From assembly GCA_036172245.1 (NCBI GenBank), contig JAYWIR010000044.1, forward strand, positions 62,001 to 126,000: DNA of 64,000 nucleotides, read 5' to 3'. Position numbers and translations under genes: made by a program. Of this stretch, positions 62,846-64,000 are shown piece by piece. This DNA comes from Raillietiella orientalis (Eukaryota). Below the pieces are notes generated by a model. It saw only the letters and a program-made list of their open reading frames with translations, was not told the DNA's origin and searched no databases. How positions within the stretch are numbered: the stretch's first letter is position 1; the number at the start of each line of letters is the position of its first letter.

Positions 62846-63714
62846 GGGCTGCGGGCGCGCGCGCCGGGAGGCCGGGAGGCGACGTCTGGCGCGCGAAGGC
62901 TACGGCGGTCTCGCGGGAGGAGGCGCGGGAGCGCTCCAGGTCGCCCGGACGGCGAGAGGGAGATTAGAGACCTTTTCTTTTTTTTTCGAGGGGGGGGGGA
63001 GGAGAGCTTTACGTGCCACTGCGCCAGGGGCTGCCGCAGGGCTCGCACCATCCTGACGCAGTGGATTCCAGAAGGGCCGCTCGAATCTCTTGGATTGCGG
63101 GAGGCTTCCAGGGGACTCCCCGTTCGCTCGTCATCCGCGCCGCTGCCTCCCGAGAGCGGGTTGCCAGGGACGACGGCGGCGAGGGGCATCGGCTTGGAGC
63201 GGCTCCCGTCCGTCCGATGTCTCTCCATGGAGACGTGCCGCGGGTCCCAAAATGATCGCGGGCGACCGTCATCCTTCCGATCCCGCAAAGAGGAGGGGGA
63301 CGAGCAGGAAGCCTCTGGAGAGCTGCCTGGCAACGAGCAGCTTCCTGGACTGGGCGACTCGCGGTCGGGTGACACCGCGGGCGGCGTGCGCGCGCCAAGA
63401 GGGGCGGCCGCTTCCTCTGTAGGTGGGTGGCCTGCCCTTTCCGTGACTCCGGGCTGCGGGCGGTCGCTGCCCGGGACGGGGACGAGGACAGGTCAGCTGG
63501 TGCGACACTCAGGCCGCGTGGGTGGCCTCGGGCACGCCCTCTGCTGACCCGAGAGCCGTTTCGGATCTTCCGCGCCGCATCACACTCTCTACACCGTGGT
63601 GATTCTTGGGGTCTCCGAGGCTCCTGCTACCCCGCTGCTTGGCGGGCAGGGTCGCGTCACTTCTGGGTTCCGAACGCTTGAGACGGGTGCCCGAAAGCAC
63701 TTCGAGGATCAACG

Positions 63715-64000
63715 AGGATGACGACACCGCTGCTGCTGCTGCTGATGATGATGATGAAAAGGAAAAGCAGAGAAAGGAACGCTGTTGCTGCTTCTATTGT
63801 TATTGTGGTTATTGATGATGATGATAGTAGTGGTGGTGGTGAGGAGGAAGAGGAGCAGAAAAAGGGGCGAAAAGGAGAAGGAAGGAACGCTGCTGGTGCT
63901 GCTGCTGATGACAGTGAGGAGGAGAAAGAAGAAAAGAGAAATGACGACGGTGTCGGTGAAGACGAAGATGCAGAAGAAGGAGAAGAAGAGGGCACGAGGA
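63715..64000. repeat. Compound trinucleotide low-complexity repeat (GCT/GAT/GGT/GAG/GAA)
   Basis: Direct inspection; runs to the window edge. Confidence 0.85.

Overview
Eukaryotic (arthropod-type) genomic DNA, not prokaryotic. I could assemble one intact protein-coding gene by hand: a minus-strand, five-coding-exon Dpr/ZIG-8-like immunoglobulin cell-surface protein (62474..28639; 849 nt CDS, 282 aa) with a signal peptide, two Ig domains and a GPI-type tail. All four introns are GT-AG and phase-compatible. Intron 1 contains a decayed histone H2B pseudogene that the ORF track largely misses. There are four copies of a long (~0.6-0.85 kb) tRNA-headed SINE-like repeat with an internal ~45-nt periodic sub-repeat and a conserved 3' hairpin. 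Other features are a 453-bp-period tandem duplication, a ~200-bp palindrome, microsatellites, and many heavily decayed transposon remnants (Penelope-like, LINE, Tc1-like, Harbinger-like; tentative, recognised by eye). Composition shifts sharply near 27.5 kb: the left part is AT-rich and often CpG-depleted, the right part (gene body and 5' region) is GC/CpG-rich. Nearly all long ORFs in the GC-rich half look like chance open frames. I found no clear evidence of a wholly new biological system; the best leads are the SINE-like family and the 5' regulatory and compositional features of the Dpr-like gene.
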